The position numbers and the translations under genes are program-made. A stretch of 64,000 nucleotides of DNA, taken from assembly GCF_021028975.2 (NCBI RefSeq), contig NC_059429.1:74028001-74092000 (forward strand), written 5' to 3'. Every line of letters starts with the position of its first letter. The stretch's first letter is position 1. Positions 37,085-50,841 of this stretch are shown here, piece after piece. Source of the DNA: Sphaerodactylus townsendi (Eukaryota). The notes beneath the pieces are model-generated. The model did not search any database. It was not told the DNA's origin and saw only the letters and a list, made by a program, of their open reading frames with translations.

Positions 37085-37156
37085 TCATAAGTAGATGCGC
37101 CTGAGATCCCCTGGAGAGGTGATGGTGTTGCATTGAGGGCACAGCTTCTTGGCACC
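37085..37156 (-). CDS. RNF220: RNF220 last coding exon (GAKKLCPQCNTITSPGDLRRIYL*)
   Basis: Acceptor CCCATACAG; peptide matches the RNF220 C-terminus (human GAKKLCPQCNTITAPGDLRRIYL); TGA at 37085-37087. Confidence 0.96.
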   Translation of the reverse strand, partial: GAKKLCPQCNTITSPGDLRRIYL

Positions 37157-37674
37157 CTGTATGGGATCAAGCAATAGCAGTGTTATGAAGAGCAAGGACA
37201 CTACCTCTGTTTTCTGTCCATATCATGAGAGTTGTAACTAACAGCAAGTGCAAACTGTGACTAATAATCAAGAAAACAGACCGCATGGGTGAGGCCTCAC
37301 CCTATGAAAAAGTCAGGCTTACATTTCTCATATGAAGTTATTATTGCTATTGTTTTTGCTGAAAGCAGCCTAGGGGATGATGGGGAAGAAGGAAGTAAAT
37401 TTGGGTTGTGATCCACCCAAACTTTTTCTTTCACTTTCAACTTACTCTTGGGACACTTCTCACATTACCTTTTCTCACAGAGGCTATAACACATGCCTCC
37501 TACTTTCCACAGTAAGACCGTGTAACGGGGAAAGCAGGAGATAGATCACATGTTGAAAGCACATGAAAACTAAGAGGTGTGAAATTTTGACATCATCTTA
37601 GAATTTGGAATATTTCTGGAAAAGACCAATGGGATTTAGGGCAACAAAGATGTTACAATGAAAGCAGGCAGTAA

Positions 37675-40143
37675 GAAAACAGTGCTGCACTTACATGTAA
37701 CTGTTGTTCATTGAGTGGTCTTCTGTGCAAGCATGCATGGGACTGCACAGGTGCAGGCCTGCCATGGAAAAGGACTTCCAAAGCTTTCTGGAAGATTCAT
37801 TGAACAAGGAGGATTCCCTTCTACTTCTCACATGGGCATTTCTGCACAAAGAAGCATGTGATGGGGGAGTGCTCATCCCTCAGTCCCCCATACGCTGCTG
37901 TGGAGAGGCTATGGGGTGTAAAGCCAGACAGCCCACAGCAGGGAAAGATGTGTGCCTGCACAGAAGACCACTTAATGAACATCAGTTACAGCTAAGTACA
38001 ACACAATTTTCATTGTCGTGGCCCCTCTGCACTCCCACATGGGAGATTACCAAGCTCACTGACCAAGAAGGTACTTGTGGGCTGATTAGTGAAAGGGTGA
38101 CTGAAGTACTTTCCCAATAGCCCCCTCACACCTGGAATCTAGATCAATGGAGTAGTGCTTGGCAAAGGGTGAGGGGGTACCCCAGCTCTGCAGTTGTCCT
38201 TCAGGGGTACCTTTGCAAGGAATGCTGTGGAAGATGCCTAGGCCTGGTGGAGTGAGTTTTCAGAGAAGCCAGGCATTTCACCTGTGCTTCACTGTATGCC
38301 GGTCTTATAGCTGACACCACACATCCGGATAATGTTTAGGAAGATGCTGCCTTCCCCTTTTTGGGACCAATGAAGCAAATAAACAAATTGTGTTCCTGTC
38401 TAAAGTGATTTGCACAATTCAAATAAAAAAGCAGTGTTCTTTGAACGTCTACTGAATGAACTGTTGTTCTGTCAATCAGGGGTGGAAAAAACACTGGTAG
38501 AATGAGGCCTTGGGGTAAGTGGAACTGGAAGACTACCTTTGGAAGAAAATTCAGAGTGAGATGTCAGACTACCTTGTGTGTATGAAACATAAGGAAAAGA
38601 AGGTCACAGGTCAAGGCTCACAATTCCCACATCTTGGGGGGTGATGTAATAGCTACCAAAAAAGCAGTCTTGAATGACAATAAAGATGCTTCAGAGGGGG
38701 CCATGGGTTCAAAAGTCTAGTCAATACTAATGATAAACTCCACTGGGGTAAAGGAGGTTTTATCACTAGGTACATATTGAGAACCTTCTTTGATTGGAGT
38801 GCCAAGAGCACAGTAAAACCACGGATACTATTTTGACATGTACAAATTGCAGCTAGATGAATCTTGAGCAAAGACGCCAAGTTACATACTTAAAAATCTG
38901 CAATAAGGGACATGACACTGGATCAAAGCTGTTCTGAACTGCCCAATTAGAAAACATCCTCAACTTAGCAATAAGATTTTTGTGTTGCCAGCTTGCAAGT
39001 TGCAACCAAAACTTCTGATACTCTCTCTGACCAGTTGCCTATTGCCTTATTAGCTATGCTGTTATGTATAATAAGTTTATGTCATAGTGATGCAGGTGAC
39101 TGCCCTGGGAGGTTTTTTTTTTGCTTGTGGGAGCTATTTGTACACCTCTTGAGGCAGAGATTGGAGTCTCAGAAACTAGACTCTCCACAACCAGAATGGC
39201 GCCTATTCTGATTTTGGCTACTATCCCATGGATGATTCAAAATGAGGGGGAAATATAGGCATGCCTCCCATCAGAACTGGAATGCATCCCCTAACTGTCT
39301 GAAGCTCCTAAAAAGTGGGCATTCTGTGTTTTTTTCTGAATGTAATGAGCTCTATCTGTGGGTACTCCGATTGGTTGAACATTGGAAACAAGTACTTGAT
39401 GTCTATGAACCACTCTTGGTCTACCATTGTCTCTCTGCCAAGGGTATCTGCCATGAAGTGAAGTGGCCACACATTCGCTTTCAGATACCTATTTGAAGGT
39501 GTCTTACGACTTTGACAAATAATCAATGTTGTGTTGGGATTATGTTGTGTTCTGATAGCTGTTTGGGGTGTTCTGTTGAAGTCTGTGGTTGTGGTTGGTG
39601 GGCATATGGGTTGGCATTTGGTGGGCATATGGTAGGATAATCCCGCAATCCACATTACTTGGGGAGCATTTGTGGGGCTAGACCTAGAACCCTGAGCAGG
39701 GTAGCCTCTAAAAACACACCTGAAGGGTTTTCTCATGAACCTGATTTATGCCTGGATGAAGCTGGAGGCACAGGAACCTCAAAAATCTAACTGACAGAAG
39801 AGTGGGACGATCTTGAGCGACTCCCTATGATTCAAGGTGTTCTAGGATGAGAAGGGCTATCTAGGTGAATGTTGTCCTAAGGGACAACAGCCCATCTAAT
39901 TCTGAGGTGTCAAAGACTAATGTGATGTATAAGACATCAAGGTTATGAACTAGGTGGAATTCTTTTAAGGCATAGCCCTGTCACATCCTTCTTTGGGTAG
40001 GAAACACTAGTACAAGACATGAGGGAGGGGGGAAGCGCTCCTTGGTCAATGACTCTTCTTGAAAGTTTTGGAAACTCTTTCTCTTTGGCAGACTTGCACC
40101 TGAACAGTCTCATGTGGGTCTGCACAGAGACAACGACGATGAA
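37675..40143 (-). mobile_element. Internally deleted DIRS1-like tyrosine-recombinase retrotransposon
   Basis: YR remnants (SLLKIHLAAI, PQWSLSLVL, FEPM..SFKTAFLVAITS, FLPKVV, DVQRTLLFYL, THSTR 38243-38254, KHY 38152-38160); RNaseH/MT-like remnants (ADTLGR..QEW, GDAF); ITRs ~37690-37860 vs ~39980-40143; ICR ~37947-38043. Confidence 0.85.
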
Positions 40144-41494
40144 GCTCTAATTCTTAAGCTACTAATTCATTGCTAAATGTTTCCCTTTTAAGGCCGATGG
40201 CTAGAATCTGACTTTAGCGAAATTAAAAGAAGAGCAAAAGAACTAAATTTTGCAAAACATTCTATGCTCTGTGACTCAAGCATGGATTGGTCATTAAGGC
40301 TACTGGGCAACGTCCTGCTGGATCAGTGGTCTGGGGGAGGATGCTTCCCCCCATCAGGGTCAAACCCACCCTGGGACCAGCCCACCATTAGGTCATCCCA
40401 GGGAAAAGAGTGGTGGGTGCAACTGCCATCATCACAAGATGGAGGTTTGGGCAGAAAGGAACCAAATCTGGCCTGACTACATCCAGCACAGCAAAAGAGG
40501 TTCCCAGATCATCCTTTGCCACACCTGGTCTGGGATCACAAAGGTGAGGGCTGTGCCAGCAGGTAGGGGGCTCAGTCAACCTGGTTTCTCCTATCCAGCT
40601 GTGCAGCTTGGCTGGGCACCTCTGGCTTGGAGTTGGCTAGGCACACTTTCCCTCCTGGGATGGGGCAGGCCCCCTTTCTCCTCCCAGTTCATCCCTACTA
40701 TGATTGCTGAATAGCTATCTGCAGCCCTTTACTGCTTTTGATAACTTCTCTCTCACTATTAGCTAATGACAGGAAACTCAGTCTCCAGAAAAAAAAGCCC
40801 TGCATGGCTAAGAAAAAATGAAATCACAGAAACCACTAGCCCAAGAAGGAAAAAAGATAGCTGATGTGTAGTATCCATTAGGAATAAAGCACCTGTATGC
40901 ATTATCTGTCAATTAACCAGACAGAAGGATGTCAGTAAATCTCAGAAGCAGGGCCAAAATAAAACAGCCAGTGGGTGTGACAGAACAGCAGATAAGAAAA
41001 ATGACAATCACAACACAGAAAGAGTACAGGAGGCAAATATAGTTGAGGGCAGCAGCTGGAAAGTAACAGGAGATGGTATCAAAATTTAGCCTGTTTGGAG
41101 GATGGAGGATGAAAATTAAGGAAGTCCCCTATGTGAATGATCCAGTTTCCCCAATGGGATTTTATGTTCACTGCATAGCATTTTCTCACAAATTTCAACT
41201 AAGCAGCAAAAGCCAGCTTCAAAACACAACAAAGATCCTGCTGCTGTAGAAAAATCCCCAAGAAGCAGTTTCTGAAAAAGCTGCAGCAGAGCTGATGAGA
41301 AAAGAAAGGAAACCCAAGTCCAAGAGCTGGTAGAAAAGTTTTACAAATCCAGCAGAATTTACAACTCAGTGGTGGCGGAGTGGTTTCTAACCACCCTCAG
41401 AAATGCCATATCAAGCTCTAAAAAGGATCAGTGAACAAGTCCAATGACTTCCATGTTTGCACACTTCATCCATCTTCATATATTAATCTATACA

Positions 41495-41719
41495 AGCCAG
41501 GATTCACTGAAAAAGAAAATAATGCTAGCAAAAGTTGAAAGTAGCAAGAAAACAGAAGGCCCCAACATGAGATTGACTGACTCAGTCAAGGAAGCCATGG
41601 CCCTCAGTTTACAGGACCTGAGCAAGGGTGTTAACAACAGGAAGCTTTGGAGGTCTTAGGGCTACCATAAGTTAGGGCTACCGTAAATTAGAAGCACCCG
41701 GATGACACTTATACACACA
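41495..41719 (+). mobile_element. RTE-BovB-like LINE 3' end
   Basis: QDSLKKKIMLAKVESSKKTEGPNMRLTDSVKEAMALSLQDLSKGVNNRKLWR resembles BovB DSLEKTLMLGKIEG..RMRWLD..SL..L..V.DR..WR. Confidence 0.8.
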
Positions 41720-43624
41720 GAGAACAGGAATATGCATTTGCTGAAGAAAGAAATCTTGCAAGGTGAGTGGACTGAAACTATGCCACTGTAAGGCACCTTT
41801 TCCATGTTTCTGTAGTCTGTCACCAATACCAAGTGGGCTCTCTAGCCCTGCTATGAAAAAAAAAGCAAAGATCCTGCTAGATTCAGTGGTGACTCCAAAT
41901 GAATTAAGCCTCATGGATTTCAAGAACATAAATGAGGCTCAGAAATCAGAATATGATTACGGCATCTGTCATTTCTCAGAACACCTCTACTCTCACCCCT
42001 ACAAAGCCTCATGAATCCCAAATTTGATTTTTTATCAATTTCTGAATTAATAAATGGGAACAATAATGTTAAGATTAAAAGACATCTAATAGTACTCAAC
42101 AAAACAAGCCAGCATTTTGAAGCACTCAGAGTGTTAGGTTTGGATGTGGAAGGCTCAGTCTTAAAACCCTGCGGAGCGCTTGAACCTCAGCGTATAATTC
42201 TATGGAAGTTGCTGCCACAGTTTTGACAATAGTTATTGAGAAGAAAAATAAGTTCAAAACTGTAAAGCATATTAGGCACAAAAAACTGCTAGCAAGAACA
42301 ATGCACGAAATATCCTGTAATGTGCCCAATTTATTTCAAAGGCATATTTCTTTTTTCCCAGTCACACAGAGAAACTGGATCTCAAACGTCAAACTCTGCG
42401 CCCTGTTGATTACATCCAGGGATGTGGGGCTGAGAGCAATGGAAGTTTAAGGCACTTGCAGGCTTAGTCTTCCATTTAAACATTTTCTCAGTGCTACACA
42501 AAGCAATCGTTACATGAGGCAATTAAACAAGCCTCACACACATGCGCTGGCACCAAGCCAGTGAACAAGGATTTCCTTCCCCCATCCCACTCACCTGCCA
42601 GCTGGGGTTACTAAACTTTTCCCTTGAAATAAAAATACCGTGGAATAATAAGCCACACCTGTTGGACATGGAAAAAATATCTGAAATGTCCTCCTGCTCC
42701 TTTCATCGTGGCCCCATGGAAAAGCCTTGATGGGTAACAGCAGTGTGTGCTGTAGTGAAAGAAGGCCACCTCAGCTTTTCCGTTATAAACCCCAGTTTTC
42801 CAGGGTTTATAAAACCCGGCTGCAAAATGTAGCTCCAGGGCTGAAACACAGCACCAAAAAGGAATGATGAAGAGAAGGTTTTATTTGCCCCACGCATTCT
42901 TAATTAAAATTTGGCAAGTGATTGATCTAGAATGTCAGCTAATCACTTTGGGGAGTTTGAAAAAATAACGAGTGTGGCCCACTTTGTGAAGTCATTATAT
43001 CTCACACCATGTCAGGAAGGAACAGAGCTTTGAGAACAGGGTGGAGAATTTGCTTTGAAACCTGGAAAAGTGACATTTGCAGCCCAAGACGACTCAATCT
43101 CTGGTCCATAAAATACTTGAGAACTTTGCAATTGTAGATATTAGAGAGAACAAAGCAAAAAATATTGTTGAGGTTAAAAGCTTATCAGTGCCTTACCAAA
43201 AAGCAATCACCATGTCAGAGATGGGAAAAGAGAGGCACAAACATCAAAGAAAGAAGATGACCACAAGTTTCTGGAGGGGGTAGGAGGAAACTCATGTTCC
43301 TAATTCCTGGACCTTGCAATTCACCCAAGTCTGCATTTGGAGGAAGAGACAGTGGGATGCAAGGGAAAGTTATAATAACAATGTGAAAGGCAGATAACAA
43401 GGCAATAATAGTAAGGGAATCTGATGTTTTCATTATCCCAGGGCGATTGTGCCAAATCAGTTTAATTCTGCACCAGCCACTCAAATCTCACAATAAATAA
43501 TGCACCCATACAATCCAGGTCATCATGGATTTGCTTTGGCTGAAGGTAATCATGACACTTGGAATCTGCAGTAATTCAAATTTTTTTTGAGCAACAAGCA
43601 GTACTTAGGAAGTTGCCTAGTTGA

Positions 43625-43758
43625 GTTACCAAGATCAGCAATGTCCACTATGACAGTGGCTCTGCAAGGTCTCAGGCAGATTTCCACGCCAGCATCAATT
43701 AAGGTCAGTAACCTTTGCCTTGCAAAGCATGTGCTCTACCACTAAGCTATGAGCTCTC
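43625..43758 (-). mobile_element. Degenerate Squam2-like SINE
   Basis: CAGTGGCTCTGCAAGGTCTCAGGCAGA...TGCAAAGCATGTGCTCTACCACTAAGCTAT. Confidence 0.55.
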
Positions 43759-46700
43759 CTTTAAAGTATGCAAAAGTACGAGTGACAATCATGTTGATGG
43801 GCAGAGGGACAAGACTATAGAGGCACAATGCCTATTAAGTAGTCCTGGAGTTCCAACTACTAAACAGTAGAAACTCTTCCAGTCTACCCATGCATTTTAT
43901 ATGCATCTTAATAATCAAGATGGCTAAGGAACGTTGCTGAATTAGAAAAATTGAGATTTTAGCAAATTAAAACTTGGCATCCAATGCACAGTATATTCTG
44001 GAAGCAAAACAGTTCTCTCAGAAAGCAAGTAAAGTGATTAATCTCTGGGGAAAGTGGGGAAAAATGCAATAGAATGAGGGTTTGGGCTGCAATGGAAGTT
44101 ACTCTTTGGGATACAACAAGTTCAACTGATAGGGACTTGCAGAACAGATGTCAACCAAAGCGCAGTGTAAAAGGATCCAGCAATTTTTGGGGTTTGTAAA
44201 AACCACTTTTTTAAGTTGCTGGAGTTACCTTTTATCTATATGCTCACATACATCTATGCCTCAATAGAAATATTAGGCTCAGACACATCAGCTTCTGGCA
44301 GTTACAGAGGCAGGTAGGCTGAAGATAAGAGCTCCAAATATCTAAGGCCTGTGGTGTGGTGTCCTTCACAAGCTTGGGCCATTTTGGAAGACTGCACGTT
44401 TGTTTACTTCACTAAGATGATCACTACAGGCTCTGCTCAAAGCGGTCCTGTGCTCAGTGATGAAACACACAGCAAATGAGGAGAAGGCCTTCTTAGGAAT
44501 GATATCCCTTTTCTGAATTACCCTCAGAAATATCAGCTCGCAGTCTACACTCCCAAGTTACCAGCTGGATGTCTATCTAATGAACATGGAAGACCACTGT
44601 ATGGTCAGGAGACAACTTGACCTATATCATGCCTGTCCTTTCCTACTTTTACTTTGTGGCAGGTTATGGCTTCCCAAGGGCAATTCCCACCTAACTGTGT
44701 CCAGTATTGAAGTGAATACTAGAGCTCAGATAAGTAGTGTAAACAGGCAAACTGCCTGGGGAAGACAGCTACCCCAGACAGGTGCCTGACTCCTTGTTCG
44801 TGTTGTTTTCAGAGCTCGGCTATTAACCTGTATAAAATCCTTAAATTCAGCTACCTGGCCCTTCAGATTGCCCTATTGGGTCAGGATCAGAGCAGGGATG
44901 CTGCAGCACATGCCCTCGGGGCACATCCACATCTGCCAGGTGTCTCCAGAATGCTGAAGGAATGTTATAAAAATTTTTTTGGCTTTTGCTGTATTTTGTA
45001 ACCATCACCTGGCCTATAACACTTAACTAATCTTTAATAAACAGCACTTTGAGCATACATGATTTGTCTCTGCCTGAGCACCTGCTCTGATCATTAGAGC
45101 ACAGTCTGGCTGGTGTAGTCTATGAAAGTAACAATGAATTAGAACAAAAACCTAAACACCAATGACTACCAAAACTTAAACACACATAAGAATATTGTAT
45201 GAAATATGAAAAGGTCAGAAGGAAACAATTATGAAAAGCGCAGTCACAATAACCACTAGTGGATACACATGTAATATGCAGTTTGCAAGAGAGCACCAAA
45301 AGCTGAGTGCAAATAGAAGGGAATGTTGTGTCCAAAAACGCACTGCAGAGATGAAGATGAAAAAGGATAGAAGTTCTTGTGCTACAACCTCAAGAACAGG
45401 TAAGTCTTCAATTGTCTTCCAACATCAATATCTTCAAGATAATGTCTAGACGGGCGTTTCTGGGTCTCTCCCATCTTCCATCCTTTTTCATCTTCATTTC
45501 TTCCTAAAACATGAGTACCAAACCCAGGAAGGGAACAGGTTGTTTTTTGCTGTGGTACCGCAGAACTAGCAATGGAGTGCTATGAACGTAGACTCATCAG
45601 GGCTTGAGTGTGACATGAAGGAATCAATCAAACACGCAGATCAAATCCTGCTTTCAGGCTCACACACGATCCTAGGAAGGAGGGCTGATGGGTTTGGGCA
45701 ATCTTGCTTTGCTGCTACAACTTCATTCTGTATACAATATGTACAGCTGTATTTTCTTCCTTCTTCACTGCAGTTTCCTTGTCCCAAAAAGGAAACAGGA
45801 AATACCTGCATATGACCCAAATCTCTTATTGTTTTATTTTTAGGAACACACTAGCTGTGGTTGAACTGGACAGTGGCAACTAGATGGGAGCCAGCGGGGA
45901 CCAGCACACTGTATTCAACTGGGTCCAAATCTCATAATAGCTATTGGATAGTCCTGCACTTGCTCCTTCTCACATGTATGTATTCCAGCACCATTTGGGG
46001 GGTGGGGTTTGGGGGAAATGCAGTTATTGTATTTTTTTACATCAGTATGGTTTCAGCTGAAGCTTCCCCAGCTGTGAAATGGGAAAAGTTATTGTGGGGA
46101 ATGAAAAGGAATAAAGTCAGTAAAAAAACTTTGTGCATGGAAAAGTATTATTATTTGATGAAAACAGCCCACCCAGCACCCAGGATGTCAAAAGCAGATC
46201 CCAGGATATGTATGAAACCTTTCAGGGTGGCTCTGTACTGATTTGGGTGTGAGACCAAATGCTGAATGATTGAGCTCAACCAGACACGTTCTCCCTCCCC
46301 TTACGTGTAAGTCTATCATGACCACTTTGCTTTCGTTTCTTCCCTTGTACAAAAAATGTCTAAGCAATCATTTGGTCTGGTCGCATAAAACACAGAAGGA
46401 AAAACTTGATTTTCCCCTATTGGGGGATGAATGGCAGATCTCCAGAAATATTCAAACACATCAGGAAGCCCAGTTACCCCCCTCACCCCCATTAAGTGCA
46501 ACAAATTGTTTATTATAGAACACAAGAAATATGCTTCCCCCTTCACTGAATATATTTTTCCATGTGTGCTGTACGCTCGGCAGTTTCTGCATTTTCCTTG
46601 CCAACAGGGAAGCTGGCTTCGCACCCAAGGAAAGGTAACTTGTGGCAATTATTAAACCCATTATCCCAGGGCTCCTCACTAGTTACACACACACACGCTC

Positions 46701-48644
46701 TCTGTTGTGCCCAAAATATAAGGAGATACCTTAATTAGAACAATGCAGGTTGGTGATATGAAACACACAGCCCAGCTGCCCTGTGCCATTAAATTCATAA
46801 AAAAGAGGAGGGGGAGGGAAGGGCAGCCTTAACGAGATTACACACATTGACTTTGATCAAGACACAAAAGCACTAAGGCGTTCCAGGGTTTTTATTGCTG
46901 TCTTCAGGCTACATTTTAATGGTTACATTAGAAACATGCGAACATAGGCAGAGAGATTTTTTAAAAGAGAGTGAGAGAACAGCGCCTGCCTTGCAAAAGA
47001 CCCTGCTTTAATAAATTGCGGGCCGTAGGGAGAAGGCAAGGGCTGGGGAACAGATGAGTGGCTGCTTATTAATTGCTTCCCTTGTGCAATTTCTAACTCG
47101 AAATGCTGTGTTTGGGTGGAACAGCTTCCCCTCCCTGCCATACGATCATCATCAGAACAGGGACCGTTCTCAGAGTGCGGTCTGTGTACCAAACTTACTC
47201 CTCCCCTCACAGCTAATTTCAAATATACTTTCCCCTTTGGAATTATGGCTGGCATTTTTTTAATGTCACATCTGCTGACTGTCACTTTTTGAAGACACAG
47301 GTAGGCCCACTTTTTTGATACTTTCAAATTTCATACAAAGATAGAAGAAGAATGATAATATGTGAATCTGTCACACAAGGAAGGTGCCCAATGTTAGGAA
47401 AAGCAGGCACAAGTTGTTGATTTCCTATCTTCTCTGTGAAACGTTCACCTGTCACATTTACATTTTCAGACTACTGAAAAACTGTTTGCAAGAATACTTT
47501 CCGCCTGTAGCAAAGGTAGCAGCCCTCAAGCATGAACTCTGAAATCCTGGGATGGGATTTTTCACTGCAGCCTCAAATGTTACTCCTGGGGGAGGTTTTG
47601 GGCAGCAGTGGGAAGGGGAGTGCTCTACAGGCCAAAATTTTTCTATCTGCAGAAATACTATAGTGGATTCAAGTCAGTAACTCACAGTGTATCTTTAATG
47701 TGAGCACACAACTGATGGTGGTAGCGGCAGGGAGATCTGGCTCAGGGCAGAAGTACAGAGAACAGAAAAGTAATACTCCCGTGCATACTATTTTCCTGAT
47801 AGCAAGGGGGGAGGGAAGATTTCTCAGCCCTGGTACTTAATGGGGGAGGTCAGGCATCCATATTGCACCCATCTTCATTTCCTTATGGAGGCCAGATACG
47901 CACCAGGGGAAGTTCTGCTGGGTGAATGATGTGAATGGTGTGAGGAAAGGTTATATGCTCCCAGCCATGTTCCAATCCCCCCACCCTGATCTTGTTTCTG
48001 TTTTTTGATATTAAAAACCCCTAACTTGATGGAGTTCCAAGTAAACTGAATGGGACAATGACTGGCTCCACACCCTGTTTAGTACAATAGAAGGAAGAAA
48101 TGACTAGAAAACAGATTTTGCAATACATATAAACTGATTTTGAATGACAGCTGTTGTCCACTGTTAGTTGGGGGATAGTCAGCTGACGTAACCAGCAAGA
48201 TTTTGTCCCCAAGGCATTGTTATTTGGCCTCCAATTGCCCTTATTTGAATCAACATGTGGCAAATTAGTTATGTGGTTTCACATGTGAGAAAAACTGTTT
48301 GCAAAAGTTGCAAGATATAGCACATTCTTACTTTTCATTGTGTGTTTTGTATGCACATGTTTGGCTGAAAGCGTAAGATTATCTGCATTTCACATGAACC
48401 TTATTATACTGCTATCTTAAGTCCATTCCTGAAGGGCAAAGAATAACTGCTGAATTGCATCTTGGGGGATCTTTAGGGAAATAAACAGGTTATTCAATCT
48501 AACCCCTTCTCCATGTATGAAAATGAAACCTTCTTACCAGCCAATTATCTATGTTCCATAAGGGTGGAGTCTTTTAAAGACTAGGTAGCTTTGAATCCGC
48601 CAATCTGCACATACTGGCGTCCTTGGGTCAGTCACACACTGTCA

Positions 48645-48798
48645 GCCCTGGCCCTGGCAAGTATTTGGATGGGAGATCTCCAATGGACACCAGGGTTGTG
48701 ATGCAGAGGCAGGCAACAGCAAACCATTTCTGAATCTCTCTTGCCTTGAAAACTTCATCAGAAGTCACCATCAGTCAGATGTTACTTGACGGCAAAAA
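48645..48798 (+). mobile_element. 5'-truncated 5S-derived SINE
   Basis: CCCTGGCAAGTATTTGGATGGGAGA (5S) + CAGAGGCAGGCAACAGCAAACCA..TCTTGCCTTGAAAAC..CTTGACGGC. Confidence 0.7.
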
Positions 48799-50288
48799 AG
48801 TGCTGACTTTATTATAGTGACTTTGACCACATTTGCACTAAAACGTATGTCTAGTTCCAAAAACCAGACTTTGGAGAATGGGAAAGCCTGCAAGAATACA
48901 CTATTTCTGACTTCAGACTATATCCAAGACCTCTGAAGACAACATGATCATTTTCCTGCTTTTCACACTATGTACAAACAGCCCATGCAAGCAGGGTAAT
49001 ATGGATGCTGCCTACAGAAAAAGCACATTATAGCTGTGGGTGGCATCAAACATACTTTTCTTAAATAGAAAGCACAGGATTCTCTCTCTCTCTCTGTGTG
49101 TGTGTATGTGTGAGGGGGATATATAGCAGCACTTTAATTCCTTAGGGTTCCAGTTCCAAGCCACACATGTGGCTTCTTTTTTTTTAACCGACCATCTCCT
49201 TTTTCATTTTTATGCCACTCACGGTGTACACATCAGCATGGGAAACAAGCACACTATTAGTTTTGAACAGATATTACGCTTTAAAACATTAATAAGAAAT
49301 CATTTCTTTGCAGTAAGCCTACCTTGAAAGGGTTAGCCTCAAATGCTTGCCATTAGTTATTTAAACTTACAGTTTTTCCAGAATATGCAAAACGTACTTT
49401 AAAAGCTCACATTAGAGACATTTCATCAAGTCATTAAAGAAGACAGCACACCTATAAATAGGAACTAAAATGTTCTATAACTTTCTAGCTGAACTTTCTT
49501 GGCAATACAACAATAAGAAAACAGGCAAAAACTCCAAACTGTGAAAACAGTATGTCGGAAATCCACTGAGCACTTCCCCAGAGCAAACATTTATACACAG
49601 GTAGACCTTTATTCCAGGCATGTAAATTCTAAGGAAAATATTAGATGTTCAGAGAGCAAGGCCATCTTTGTACAGGTTTCCTCCCACTGTAGGCACAGGC
49701 TGAGGCTTAGAACAGGCTGTGATCCTTTAATAAATATTGCAGTTTTAGAGCTTTGCTTTTTTGTCATTGTGCTTACTTAATGTTACTTTCTGATAAACAC
49801 AGAGTATTTGGATGAGGACTTGGTTGAAACAGTTTGACTATTGTGAGCAGATGTAATTATATTCACTAGGAGATGTTTAACAGGGCTGCAAATACAATGC
49901 AATAGATTGCTTTTGTAGAGTTCTTCTCATGTTACTTTCCTTTATTTGCAAATGCATTTATGGAAGCATCCAAAGATGTGGATCAGTAGCTTGAGAACAG
50001 TCTGACATACACTTAGCTATGAAATTGTAGTTAGTCTGCAAACATGTATTAGAATATTTGCATAGTACAAGCAATGCACATCCTTCATTTTCTCTCCTCC
50101 ATAGGAGAGGAACAGATAGATTGAAATTCCTTGCACACATACATACAAAACCTCTCGCACTCCTCCCCATCCTCTAATGCACTTCAATTTCTCCTAAATC
50201 CTTATTCTCCAGAGACACTGAAACTAGGGACCATATTAGAGAATAAAAAAGTATTATGAGCCCCCAGGTAAGAAACCAAGAGCCTCAC

Positions 50289-50363
50289 CAAAGTCCGTAG
50301 CCAGCATTCCTCACAGTGTACGTGCCAGCACTGAATCGACGTCAGGGGCATCGTGTATGAGTC
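50289..50363 (-). CDS. RNF220: RNF220 penultimate coding exon (DSYTMPLTSIQCWHVHCEECWLRTL)
   Basis: Acceptor CTTTCTCTTTATAG, donor TTG|GTGAGG; RING residues match RNF220; 75 nt, phase 0/0. Confidence 0.97.
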
Positions 50364-50781
50364 CTATAAAGAGAAAGTAGAACAGTCCCATCACACATTC
50401 TAAATGTCTGCGAAATCCCCCACTGGATGCTGATCCCTGGAAAATATGCTACAGAGCCAATACTGTATCAGTACATTTTACATTTGGCCACAGTTTACAA
50501 GAACTTAAAATCTTATGTAGTTCTGGGACTCCCCTACATAATATCAAGACATGAAACAGAAGACACGAATGACTGTAAAACCACAAAATAGAACCGAATG
50601 TTGCCACCATCTTTAGACCTGCAACTGAAAACTTCAGGGCAAAAAAAAAGTCCAGCCAGGACTCCTTTGTGGGTCACTGCATGTCACATTGCCATACTCA
50701 TTAACCTTTCTCTTCCCAGCAGCAGTTGATATCTCCAGTACTGCAACTCCCAGAGGCGGCCTTTTAGTCAACTGCTACTAG

Positions 50782-50782
<1 letters not shown>

Positions 50783-50838
<56 letters not shown>
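50783..50838. repeat. (CT)n microsatellite
   Basis: Uninterrupted CT run. Confidence 0.95.
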
Positions 50839-50841
<3 letters not shown>

